From positions 4,650,001-4,714,000 of the forward strand of contig OZ176055.1 in NCBI GenBank assembly GCA_964247055.1: a stretch of 64,000 nt of DNA, written 5' to 3'. Positions 48,014 through 59,861 of this stretch are shown piece by piece. Made by a program: the position numbers and the translations under genes. This stretch comes from Paragordius varius. Lineage: Eukaryota > Animalia > Nematomorpha. Under the pieces are notes generated by a model, which saw nothing but the letters and a program-made list of their open reading frames with translations, was not told where the DNA came from and did not search any database. Numbering within the stretch: position 1 is the stretch's first letter; the number at the start of each line of letters is the position of its first letter.

Positions 48014-49277
48014 CTCTGTGTGCAAAAAAATTTTTAACTAAAAATTGTTTTTTTATGAGATAGCCTATGACCAGCGTATTCATTTGCCGCAAAAATTTTT
48101 ATTTGTTGACAACCTAGTTTTTGAAATATTGAGAGAAAATCGAAATTGGGCATAAAGTGAAAATTAAGGATAATTAAGGATAAAACAAAAAATAATAATA
48201 AAATTTGAAATATTATGGTTTATTATCATTTCAAAATATATTTTCAATAATAGCCTAAAATCATATAGTTAGGGTTTCTATAAAATTTTTGCCCAAAAGA
48301 TGGTGTTTTTCGTTTATCACACTTAAAAGAAAAAAAATTTAATGGAACTATATTAAAATAATTGTTTTTAATTATTTACTACCTATCCTCACTATAAAAA
48401 TCTTAACATTTATATTTTATTCAGTAAAAAATACTTATATATCAAAATTAAACCAAAAATACTGTTTTTTATTTTTGCATTGTTTTGTCATCTGATTTAT
48501 GAGTGTATAAAAAATTTATACTGTTTTATTTTGGTTTCTTACATGAGTGGGAATCATAAAGTATAAAATTTATGCCAAATAAAAAAATAGTGGAATATCA
48601 ACCAACAATCCGTACGAATCTTAATAATAATTTGTCTTAAAACAGACTTGTTACAGGGATTTGTAAGGATTGTTCTTGATATTTTACTACTTTTAAATGC
48701 TATTTTACATAAATTATATACTTTAAATTCGCACTCATGTAAGATTCTAAACTAAAACAGTATAAATTTTTTATACACTCACAAACCAGATGACAAAAAA
48801 ATTTAAAACTAAAAAACAATATTTTTTGGTTTTATTTTGATATATAAGTTTTTTTACTGAATAAAATATGGATGTTAAGATTTTAATAGTGAGTTTAGCT
48901 AGTAAATAATTAAAAAAAATTATATAAATATAGTTTTATAAAAAAAATTTGTCTTGTGAGTGTGTTAAAAGAAAAACGCCATCTTTTGAGCTGAAATTTA
49001 ATAGAAACCCTATCTATATGATTTTAGGCTATTTATATATTGAAAATATATTTTGAAATGATAATAAACCATAATATCTCAAATTTTATCATTATATTTT
49101 GAATTATCCTTAATTATCCTTAATTTTCACTTTTTGCCCGATTTCGATTTTCTCCCAATATTTCAAAAACTAGGTTGTCAAAAAATAATAATTTTTGCGG
49201 CAAATGAATTCACTGGTCATAAGCTATCATGAAAAAAAATTTTTTTCGTATCAAAATGACCCTCATTTTTGCACACA

Positions 49278-49280
<3 letters not shown>
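48014..49280. mobile_element. Foldback (long palindromic) element, ~1.27 kb, within TA-rich flanks
   Basis: Left arm 48016-48611 is an imperfect reverse complement of right arm 48667-49278 (termini ctgtgtgcaaaaa / tttttgcacacag). The spacer is 55 nt. (TA)n flanks both sides. Confidence 0.9.

Positions 49281-49321
<41 letters not shown>
49279..49321. repeat. (TA)n microsatellite
   Basis: About 21 TA units directly after the foldback element. Confidence 0.95.
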
Positions 49322-49323
<2 letters not shown>

Positions 49324-50769
49324 ATAATTTGGGTTTTAAGAAATTTGAATTTCAGAACAATATAATTCATAATTAGGCAAAATATTTTTACTTTAATAAT
49401 TAAATTATATTTTAAACATCTTAGAATGTATATATCATTAGAGAATATGGATTCAAGAGGGATTAAATAAGGTTTATAAAAAATTTATCAATAACTCACG
49501 TTTCGTGATAATCAATTATGGGAATCAAATTTTAAGACAAAAATAAGAATCAATATAAAACAAACGATGTAAATGGGATTAAATTTAACTTGAAGTCAGC
49601 AATGTCATTTAAAAATTGGAGGGATTTATGATTTTTTAGAGATGGAATTAAATATTATTTCAATTTTGAAATCTATATTGACCATTATAAAAAATATGGT
49701 TAATAATCTCTTGGGAGTTTATCAGAGTCACTTATGGTACAATGCAATAAATTAAGAATAAATACCTATAATATATACCATTGTTCTGGAAAAACCATAA
49801 TAACATAAAAAGTATAAATATTTTAATGATAATAAATAATTTAACTATGAAAATTTAAGTTAATAATTTGGTTAAGTAAAAATAATACAAATATAAATGG
49901 TTTGGATTTAGTGCATACTTATTTCAATTTAATTTTATCACATACCACAAAAGCGCTCATAAAAATTACATTTTTTATTCTTCCAATAAAAATAATTACC
50001 TTAATAAGAGTGTTTGAAAGGGGGGAGTACATAATTGTAACATTTTGAAAGGGAAATTCATCGAAATATTTTCTCTCATAGATTGGATAGTGGGAAACAT
50101 AGGTATAAAATTAGTAAAGCAAAAAATAGCGTCATTCTTCCTGATCATAAAACCAATTGTACATTTTGGGTAAAAATATATTATTATATTGATGTCAACG
50201 AAAAATGGGACGTCTCAAACATGATACAGAATAATATGGTAAAATTTGGGAACAAATTAAATATCTTTTCAATTTTGGAATATTATGAATTTCACTCACA
50301 CATTCTTAATATTATGTCTGAAAAGCTTGAATTTTAAGTATGCTCCTAGTTATAAAGCGCAATAATGAAGATTAATGTTTAAATTTGGCACAAAATGATA
50401 CAGCCAGTAATTGTTTCTTTTTTATAATGGAATATTTTAGTCTAATTAAACATTTTTTAAATTATAAACACCATAAAAAAATAACAATAGTTATGGAAAA
50501 TAATTAACGTGGTAAAATAGTATATTTTTTACCGTTGGAATCCATAATTCGATCCATTTTTCATCATAAATTAGTTTAATTGATAAAAAGAATAAATATT
50601 ATCAAGATTCTCTTATTTTATAAAACAATATTTCGTCATTGTTAACTTTATTTTTCACTTTAGCTCAATACTTTTTTTAAACTCGCCATTTTTATTTATA
50701 ATGGCATAAAAGAGTGGAAAGAATATTTATAATAAATTATAAAAATATTTTTAAATAAAACACAGTATT

Positions 50770-51820
50770 CAAATTAAATTTTTTATCATGAGATAGCTTA
50801 TGACCAACAAAATCTTTTGCCGAAAATATTTTAATTTGTTGATGACCTAGTTTTTGAAATATTGAGAGAAACTCGAAATTGGACAAAATGTAAAATTAAG
50901 GATAATTAAAAAATAATGGAACCTATTATATAAAGGTTTATTTTTTTATAAGATATTTAAAATTTATAAGCCTAAAATCATATAGTTAGGGTTTTATTAA
51001 AACTCAGATTAAAAACATACTTTAGAAACAAAAAAATTTTATGAAACTATATAAAAATATTTATTTACTAGCTAAACTCATGATTGAAATCTTAACATTC
51101 ATATTTTATACAGTAAAAATAACTTATATATCAAAATAAAATTAATAAAATATTGTTTTTTATTTTTTTGTCATCTGGTAAATGAAAATTTACTGTTTTA
51201 TTTTGGAATCTTACAGAAAAAAGTATAAAAATTAATACAAAATAGGATTTCGCAAGTAGTGATCCGTACACAGTAATAAGTATTTGTTTTAAGATAAATT
51301 AATATTTTTATTGGGATTAGTACTGATTTTCCGTTGTTTCCACTACTTAATAATCCTATTTTGTATTAATTTATATACTCTGTAATACCCGCTCATGTAA
51401 GATTCCAAAATAAAACAGTAAATTTATATATCTTCATCAACCAGATACAAAAAAAATGTAAAAATAAAAAATAATATTATTAATTTTATCTTAGTAAATG
51501 AGTCATTTTTACTGTTAAGATTTCAAATAGCTTAGTTAATAATTAAAAAAAATTATTTTAATACATTTGATACTTTTTGTCTTTTAAGAAGGAAAAACAG
51601 CATTTTTTGATCTAAAAAAAACCCTAACCATATGATTTAGGTTATTTATCTATTTTTCGTATATTTTTTAATTATCCTTATTTCAATTTTTGTCGGATTT
51701 CGATTTTCTCTCAATTTTTCACAAACTAAATCGAACAAATAAAAATTTTAGCAGCAAATAAATTTGCTAGTGATAAAAAAAATTTTGTTAAAAAAATTGA
51801 CCCTCTTTTTTGCCACAGTG
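50770..51820. mobile_element. Second, more decayed copy of the foldback element
   Basis: Shares arm blocks with 48014-49280 (gagatagc.tatgacca, cctagtttttgaaatattgagagaaa, gcctaaaatcatatagttagggttt, ctcatgtaagattc). The right end is gccacagtg; the left end is eroded. Confidence 0.8.
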
Positions 51821-52586
51821 ATATACTAGTTTTCGGTTATTTTTTAAAGAATATAAAAACATAAAAACCAAGTTAAACATTTTTTAAGGTTCAAATTTTT
51901 CATATGCCTACATCGCTCAAGCTCACTCTTTAAATATTTTTTTGGAAATAAGCTCATTTAAATTTTTAAATTTATAAATTTTTTTAAACCGAAAAATAAA
52001 TAATAATTTACCGAAATTTTTTAAAAGGGTTAGGCAAAATAATTAGCCAAAGAGTGGACAATATAAAACGATTTTTAAATCATTTACCCACCCCAAATTA
52101 GGGTATAATAAAATCAATTTTGTTATTACATTTTATATATTTCAAAAAAGAAATCCAAGGATTCTATAAAATTTGACATATTTAAAACCCAATAATATAA
52201 TTAGAATGATATTGTATTGGTTATATCTGTTTTTGGCCATTTATGTAATTATATCAATTATTTTTGTAAATTTCATAACGGTTACACATATTACTAAATC
52301 AGCAAAATTTTGAGTTATCCAAGCGAACACCTACTAGTTGAATTCTTACCTATGCTTGATTTCAGGTCACCAAATATCTTAAAATACTTGTAATGTTGTG
52401 ATGCCTATAAAAAGTGATATTTTTTTCCACAATAGCAGAGGTATCAATCATTAAATATGAAAGGACCTGTTTATTTTTAAATAGTGCACAAAATCGCAGG
52501 GTCATTAATATCCGATTAAATAAATAAACTGGAAAAAAAATTGGCATTTTCATAGTCCTCTTGCACGACTATAAATTGTTCTATAA

Positions 52587-54024
52587 CAGGGGTGGCCAAC
52601 CTTTTTTTCCCACGGGCTACTTTTTTTTGGAGAATATTTCACGCGGGCACGTATAAGATTCAACCACTTCAATACAATAACTCAAATATATTCATTCTAT
52701 TTACGGAATGCTAGCCCAGCCCATTTTAAATTAGATATTATGAAAAATGATTATTTTTGAGTAGTTATTTTTATATTAAAATACATAAATAATGTTAATT
52801 CAGAAATCTGGTTGCCACCATCAGTACAAATACTAAAAAATTTACATCATTCAATTTATTAAAGTACTGTACATCTTGCGACAGATTTTAGATGATTAAA
52901 GTAAAAAATGGATTTGTAGCTCTTGGTAAAGATATTTTATGGATTACTGCATACCAGGTTTTATGAACATATGTTATAAGATAGTAAATTTCATCAAATC
53001 GAAAAGAGAGTGGTGCCGCACTTTTATATAGAATTAGTTTTGACAGAGTAAACTAGTAAAAACAGATGTAAAATGATTAAGTCGTGCTGCATTTTAGAAA
53101 GTTTTATACAATATCACTATAAATATATCTATTTTACAGCAGAAAAATTATTCATATCTACAGGTCTAAAATCGCTTTGATCTTGCTTTTTAATGCGATA
53201 AAAAAATTGCGCATTGAGTGTTTCTAGCATTTAAATGATCTTTCAATAGCTTGATTGATTTGCAAATATCCTACTATTTTTTATAGTTCATGTGAAGCGT
53301 AATTGTTTTTGGACATTTGCTTTTTTAGGTAAAGCCGCGGTGGAGTTGCATCAAAGTACATTTTTCATCCTTCATTATAAAAAAATATTCTTCCCATTCC
53401 TTTCTAAAACGATATTTTAGCATTTTTTTTGGCTTTAATCATTAATTATACTTAAATATAATTAAAGGTTACCAGCTTCTAATTCAAACTACTAAGGAAA
53501 TTACATATGATATAAAGTTGAAATAAAATTTATATGATTAAATAAATATATAAACACTTGGATACACTAATTTCAATGCTCCTATTCAAACTGGAATTTG
53601 AGGGATCCCATGCCTCTTTTAAATCATACATTTCAAAAAATATAAAATAAAATGAAATTGCAAAAGTTTGCAAAAAAATATAAAAGAATGCATTGAAAAA
53701 TAATTGGTTTATTTTATGGATAAATTTGAAGGGAAAAATTTAGCTCTCATGACAATAAAAATAATGGAATATAAACCACTTGTTTATATGTTAGATGTGA
53801 TTAGAATAACAAATAAGCTTTAGTTTTAGCATTAGTATCAAATAAACACGATAGTTTGCAAAAATAATGTAAAGAAAAATGGCATCGAAGTAGTTTGACA
53901 TGGAAATTTTTTTATAAACTAAACTTTATCTAGTTATTTTGGCTTATTTATATATTTGTTTAAAAAATGAGGCGACGCTTCAAAATTTCGCGGTCACGAA
54001 GGGTCGACCGTTTGGCCACCCCTC
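52587..54024 (-). mobile_element. Internally deleted, decayed hAT transposon with Buster/SPIN-like transposase remnants
   Basis: TIRs caggggtggccaac / tttggccacccctc. Minus-strand peptide remnants occur in the expected order: EWEEYFF (53399) and CNSTAALPKKANV (53350-53311), LSFRFDE (~53010-52990), SICTDGG (~52834-52813). Frameshifts and stops lie between them. Flanks ttctataa / ctctagat. Confidence 0.75.
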
Positions 54025-54185
54025 CTCTAGATAGAACAATCGAGGTATTATGCGGATTTTTTTGATTGGAATCATTGCAAAAATTTGTTTTATATATCAT
54101 AAACTAACTAGAGGTTTATTATTAACACTTCTTTAACCTTTTTTTTATTGGAGTACATAGGATATATTCACAGGCTAAATTTGAA

Positions 54186-54556
54186 TATACCATTTACAGT
54201 TCAATTTCAACAATTTAAATTCACCCTTGAACAATTCAAATTCACCCTTGAACAATTCAAATTCACCCTCGAACAATTCAAATTCACCCTCAAATAAAAT
54301 ATATGTTTTTTAAGATTAAAAATTACCTATATTTTATATATTTTTCAAAAATAAAAGTTTTGTTTTAAAATAAAATAATACTGAAAAAATAATAAACTAT
54401 ACCATAAACATATACTTCATATTAATAATGAATTATACTAGTCCGAAAACACATAATTTATTTTTAGGGTGAATTTGAATTGTTCGAAGGTGAATTTGAA
54501 TTGTTCGAGGGTGAATTTGAGTTGTTCAAGGGTGAATTTGAACTGTAAATGGTATA
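54186..54556. mobile_element. TIR element with 21-bp subterminal tandem repeats (family copy 2)
   Basis: Ends tataccatttacagttcaa / ttgaactgtaaatggtata. About four 21-bp units on the left and three to four inverted units on the right. Core shared with 27845-28137. Confidence 0.85.
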
Positions 54557-55283
54557 TATTGCTACGAAAGGTATTTTAGTGTAATATTGCATTAATGTAT
54601 ACAATACATATTAATAGTTGGATTTTTTACATTTCTAGAGTCAAGTTGGAAATCTCTTTATTCCAAAATACACAAAGCATTACTAAAAGCATCAATTAAT
54701 GATAGTTTGCTGACAAAACAAAGACTGCATATTTTTCAATTATATCATGATTTTTTAAGACGTTTCATTTTATATCCGTTATGGTTAAAAAAAACTGACC
54801 TAGGGCGAGTTTAATATAACTTAAAAAGTATTTATGATGATATCTTTGGATTGCCCAATATACAAATGGTAATCACAAACAAATTATCTTCAATTTGTAA
54901 CGGAAAAATTTTATAAATGGTGGATGCATTACGATTCTAGTTAACTTTAAATTTTTACCGATTTTTAAAATTATTAAACCTGCTTCTTATTTCAAATGGA
55001 GTATCTAAATTATAAGGTATCAGAAAACCTTTCTAATTATATTTGTTTAATTATCCTATAGTCAAACTATTATGATGTTTAAGACATCAATTATAAAAAA
55101 TAACCAGAGAACACTTTTTTAAATGTGTAAATATTTTAAATATATAATTTGATAAAATCCTTTAATTATTGGGCAGATATAATTCTTTATAATAACAGTA
55201 GGATATAGAACAATGTATTTGATACGTTAATAATATCCCATATATATAGTTACTCATAATGGTACTTAAAAAGGTAGACACAT

Positions 55284-57448
55284 ATGATTGAAAAACTTAC
55301 ACCTGTACCCGGGGAAAAAGATTGTAGAATTAATAGCTATATTGATCGGGTAGTTCCAATATAATATTTAGCATGAAAGATATAAAGCTGAGGCCAAGGA
55401 AAGTGAAAGTGATATAGTTTTTATCGGTGACTCTTTGATAGAGCATCTACAACAAACTGAGGTATTTTTTAAATTAAAATTACAGATTTGGGATGTTTTT
55501 AGCCAAATGCATGCCTTAAATTTTGGGATGAGTGGAGACAAAACGCAAAATGTCTTATGGCGCTTACAAAACGGCGAACTAGCTTTTGAAGATTATAAAC
55601 CTAAGGTTTTTTATAATTATATAAATACAAATCTAAAATTCCTACGATAGCGTTGGTCTTTAACGTTATAATTAAAAGTTTTTTTCCCATAATAATCAGA
55701 GCTTTCTTTTGCCGAAAATATTCTTGTTAATTTTTTTCTATTATCATACAACTTTTGTATTTTTATACACGCTATTACATCTTGTAACCTAAACTAACCT
55801 AATGGAAACTAACCCCTAAATTTTTTGGATATAAGATATATTATTAGTTGAGTTTTATAACATATAGATAATTCATTCTGTTAGAATATAAAAATTAAAC
55901 ATGGTAGAGTGGTTACTGCGTTATTATGCTTTGTCTGCTTGAGTATGTGACGGTTAAAACCAGTGGTACTTTTAAAATTTTTAAAGGGCCATAAAAATAT
56001 TATTGAAGGGCCATAATACCGGTTAAAATGATTATAGCTGTTTGGCACATTTGCAGATATTTATGTTCAAAATAAGTACATCGATTTTTTTTCAAATAAT
56101 TTAGGGCCATAAAGGCATTTTGCATGCGGCCCGTGGGCCGCGGTTTGAGTACCAGTTTAAACCCTGAATGCGTCATGATTTTTTTATCCAAACAATTTTA
56201 TCTTTTAGGTTTTTGTTCTCCTCATCGGAACTAATAACGAAGAAAATACTGATGATATTGTCGATAGCATAAATGATATCGTCAATTTGATCCATCAAAT
56301 TATTCCATCCGCCTATATATTAATATTGGTAAATTGTGATCATTTTTTAAAATTCTACTATTACTTATTGGATTAATCAGATTGGGCGCCTAAATTCTGT
56401 CAAATATATTTATATGGTTAAATTCCAATATAAATGAGTTTCTCACTTGTCAAAAATAATATTAGTCTGTCCGATAATGCAGTCATTCATGGTTATCACT
56501 AGTCAATTTATACCACAAATATAAATATATGTAGTCCATTTATAACTCAAAAACAGAATTTGATAATTATACTTTCATTCATAATATTGATACAAATTAT
56601 TGACATACAAATTTACATTTTTATATGTAAATTTTGGAAAGTTTATTAAGGATTTATATCTGGTGATAAATATTAGGTTGAAAAGACTTCTCCGATTAAT
56701 ATTTAAATTTACAGTTGTGCTCCAATTCAGACCTAACCCAATTTTAATAGATTTATTCTTTCAAAACCATTTCCGTAACCAAAACATCCAAATTATCAAA
56801 TTCTTAGTGCAATATAAATTTTTTGTAATATTATTATTACATATTATTTTATATAATTTTTTTTAAAGATTTCATTAAAAGTAGCAGATGTATGACACGG
56901 CCTTTATTTTTATTTTTTTGCGGCTAATTATTTAAAATGTAGATTAAAAATATGAAATTATAATTGGACCATAAATTTAACTGTATAAAATTAATGAATT
57001 AAATTTTTTATAAATATTAATTTTTTCATATATTTTACCATTATAAAAAATTAAAACTCTTTAATCGTTTTAGAAATTATTTCCCAAAGGTCTTTACCCT
57101 TGTCCCGAGCGGGAAAAAATAGGCGTTATTAACAAGCTTCTAGCACAACGTTTCGGGACATTTAATGACACACTAATACAAGCTGTTGCCAATAATTCTT
57201 TACAACATAACCAAATTACTGTAGCTAATCAACAGCATTTCAAACATGGAGACCAATATAAATCTCAACAAATTCAACTTTTAGATTTGGATCCCGGTTT
57301 TGTTCAACCAGATGGTCGCATCAGCCATCTCGATATGTACGATTATTTGCATCTCACAAAACGTGGTTATGAAAAAGCGTTTGGTCCTTTGGTAGAGCTT
57401 TTGAAGTCATTATTGGAAAATGAGTCTCCTCCCGATACCCAAAACTGA
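55284..57448 (+). CDS. PAFAH1B2/3: Platelet-activating factor acetylhydrolase IB catalytic subunit (SGNH hydrolase)
   Basis: Exons 55284-55349, 55372-55461, 55486-~55604, ~56209-56327, ~57074-57448. Motifs: DIVFIGDSL, HALNFGMSGDKTQNVLWRLQNGEL, LIGTNN, DMYDYLHLT. The Ser/Asp/His triad is present. Confidence 0.9.
55961..56154. mobile_element. hAT MITE in a PAFAH1B intron
   Basis: Left cagtggtactttt, right gcggtttgagtacca (terminal bases eroded). Flanks gttaaaac / gtttaaac. Confidence 0.65.
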
Positions 57449-57646
57449 ATATGTGTGATAAAGCATTTCTTGATGTGTCTAAAATATAATCGCTTTAGTG
57501 ATCACGTTATCTATGTTAGATTATTTATTTACTGTTGTGTCAATAGTTATAGTTTTCATTATTTGTCAATATTTATTTTATCTAAAGTAAATTATTGTTA
57601 TATTTATTTTGAAATAATACATAACAAGGTTATTTATCGCTTAAAT

Positions 57647-57945
57647 CAGGGGTGTTCAACACGAGGCCCGCGGGACGCATGCGGCCATCCAAATATTTCG
57701 GCGGCCCACAAGAAATTTCAATTAATAAAATTTCACAATATCTAAGCAAAATTGATTTTATAAAAAAAACTTTCTGAAATAACCTTTCCAAATTTTGGCA
57801 ATGAACTAGCAAAAAATGTCAAAATAAATAGTATTTTTACAGTCTTATATTTATATAAAATATTTCTTAATGCCCATATAATTGCGAATGCGGATCAGAT
57901 ACCCGAAAATGCGGCAGGTGAAGCCGATCATATTAGACACCCCTG
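57647..57945. mobile_element. hAT (Buster-like) MITE
   Basis: TIRs caggggtgttcaa / ttagacacccctg. TSD gcttaaat / gtttaaat (7/8). Confidence 0.85.
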
Positions 57946-58844
57946 GTTTAAATGAAAACATTAATCCCAAGATCAACCATTTTTAAACTAATTATACTAA
58001 TAATATTTGCACTCAACAATTATTAACATGGCATAAAAGTAAATTTTCAATCATAATTTCAGAAGGGTTCCAATAGTTTTTTATATAAATCAATTTTATT
58101 TTGTAACGTATAATATTTGCCTTTGTGATATTATGTTAAATTACCGTATTCTGTAATCTGACCGGTCACTGATTATTGACGGTCAACAGAATTCGATTGT
58201 TTTATCATAGTTTTGAATAACTCCAAAAATTCGATTAAATTTTATCCCTTTTGGTTATTAAATCCATTAAATTATAATTTTGAGGAAAGTGTGTCACATC
58301 AAACCATTTCATCGCCATTCTCTAACCAATTTTCGGTTTTTAAAACTGCTAAAAAATATAGCTTAATAATCATATACAGTGATAATTGAAATTATACGCA
58401 AAATGTAAAAAACAATAATGCCTTTTTTCAAAAATGATTATATCTTTTAAATCTTGCTTTTTATATTATAACTTATAGATTTGGGTTGACATATAGATAT
58501 TAAATATGTATATTGGTAATGAATTACAAAATTATTGTAACTATGAGGCAAAATTCAGGGTTCTTAAAATATGTGGTTGTCTTTTAAAAATATATTTGTC
58601 TTTTAGTTTTTATCCTTTGTGTTTCCGTATTTATCAATAAATTTATTATTTATATATTAAAACCTGTGGGACAAAAATATTACAAGATGTATCAACTTTA
58701 TCTTTTGGGGTAATTACCTCAGAGCAAAATAAAAAATTTAAAAATTATTTATATATATATATATATATATTTATAAGGTCAAACATATTGTTAATTTTTT
58801 AGTTAGTCTATCAAAGATGTTAAGATATAAAATTTATTTATTCA

Positions 58845-59840
58845 TTCTTTATTATTAACCCAGTTTAATAATATTGTAATTTAGATTTTAGTGATATTTT
58901 TGAAATGTTGGTATAATCGTTTTGCTCATGTCATTGATTGTTAGATATAACTCTAATTCTATACTTTTTAACTTAACACTTTGATACTTAACCTAACAAC
59001 ATCACATATTGTATTGATTGTTAACCAATTAAAAAAAATTTATTGACGTAAAATTTTAAAATAAATATGAATTGGCATAGACACAAGATATCTGTCAAGG
59101 ATATTTTAAAGGAAGAGAAACGCAAGCGCCAATTGGCTCTAGATACAGTTTTTGAAAGAGACACTATCGTTTCAGCGATCGATAAATGGATAAATGTTAA
59201 CAGTTATCAAATAAAAGATTTAGTCAAAAATTCGGAAAATATAGAAAAACTTGATGTTGAATGGCATAGAAAATATCTGAAGTTGGCTGAAATTAAAAAT
59301 GCCCCGCAAAAAATCCTCACATATGAGGAGGAATTTCAAAAATTGTCAGATACTACAAAAAATTTTGAAGAGGTTTACTTTTTTATGAAAAGTTATCTGA
59401 AAAAGATAAAAGAGATTGGTGAGAAAGCAAAAGAACCGAAAAAGGAAATTATTACGGAACAACCCTCAAAACCAAAAGGGATTGGAAATTTTTTAAAGAA
59501 ATTTGGATTGAATCTATTTTTCTTTGGAGTTCAGGAGGTGTGTAGCCATATAAGGGGTTACACATAGGACTCTGTTTTATTTTATATTCTATATTTATTA
59601 TATATATATTACGTATATATATATAAATTATAAAATAAATTATAAAAAAATATATAATCAATAACTATCGAAATTATACAGTGATGGCGAAATAATGATA
59701 AAAATAAGTTCCTCCAATCAAAATAAACATCTAAAAATGGTTAAACTGTCTTTAATGTATTTAAAGATTTATTTTATATGGCGATGATCTTAAAAAATAT
59801 TTTGTCAATCTCATAATAGCATCCATTTTACGTTTGGTAG
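58845..59840 (+). repeat. ~1-kb direct duplication, copy 1
   Basis: Colinear with 61650-62650, including the 166-aa ORF. ORF offset is 2794 bp. Confidence 0.95.
59067..59567 (+). CDS. Orphan 166-aa K/E-rich protein, copy 1 (function unknown)
   Basis: A 501-nt open frame in very AT-rich DNA, with ATG in an aaataaatATG context, duplicated intact. I recognise no homology. Confidence 0.5.
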   Translation: MNWHRHKISVKDILKEEKRKRQLALDTVFERDTIVSAIDKWINVNSYQIKDLVKNSENIEKLDVEWHRKYLKLAEIKNAPQKILTYEEEFQKLSDTTKNFEEVYFFMKSYLKKIKEIGEKAKEPKKEIITEQPSKPKGIGNFLKKFGLNLFFFGVQEVCSHIRGYT

Positions 59841-59861
59841 AAATAATCGTTATATGATGTA

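Noticed and set aside
50083-50337. 84-aa ORF, and similar isolated ORFs at 42073, 42716, 52362, 56600 and 57455
   Set aside because: Composition matches AT-rich non-coding DNA (I/F/K/N/Y-rich), several start at non-ATG codons, and no motifs are present.
54205-54545. 21-bp repeats as a CRISPR-like array
   Set aside because: The units are contiguous with no unique spacers, are inverted between the arms, and lie in a eukaryotic TIR element.
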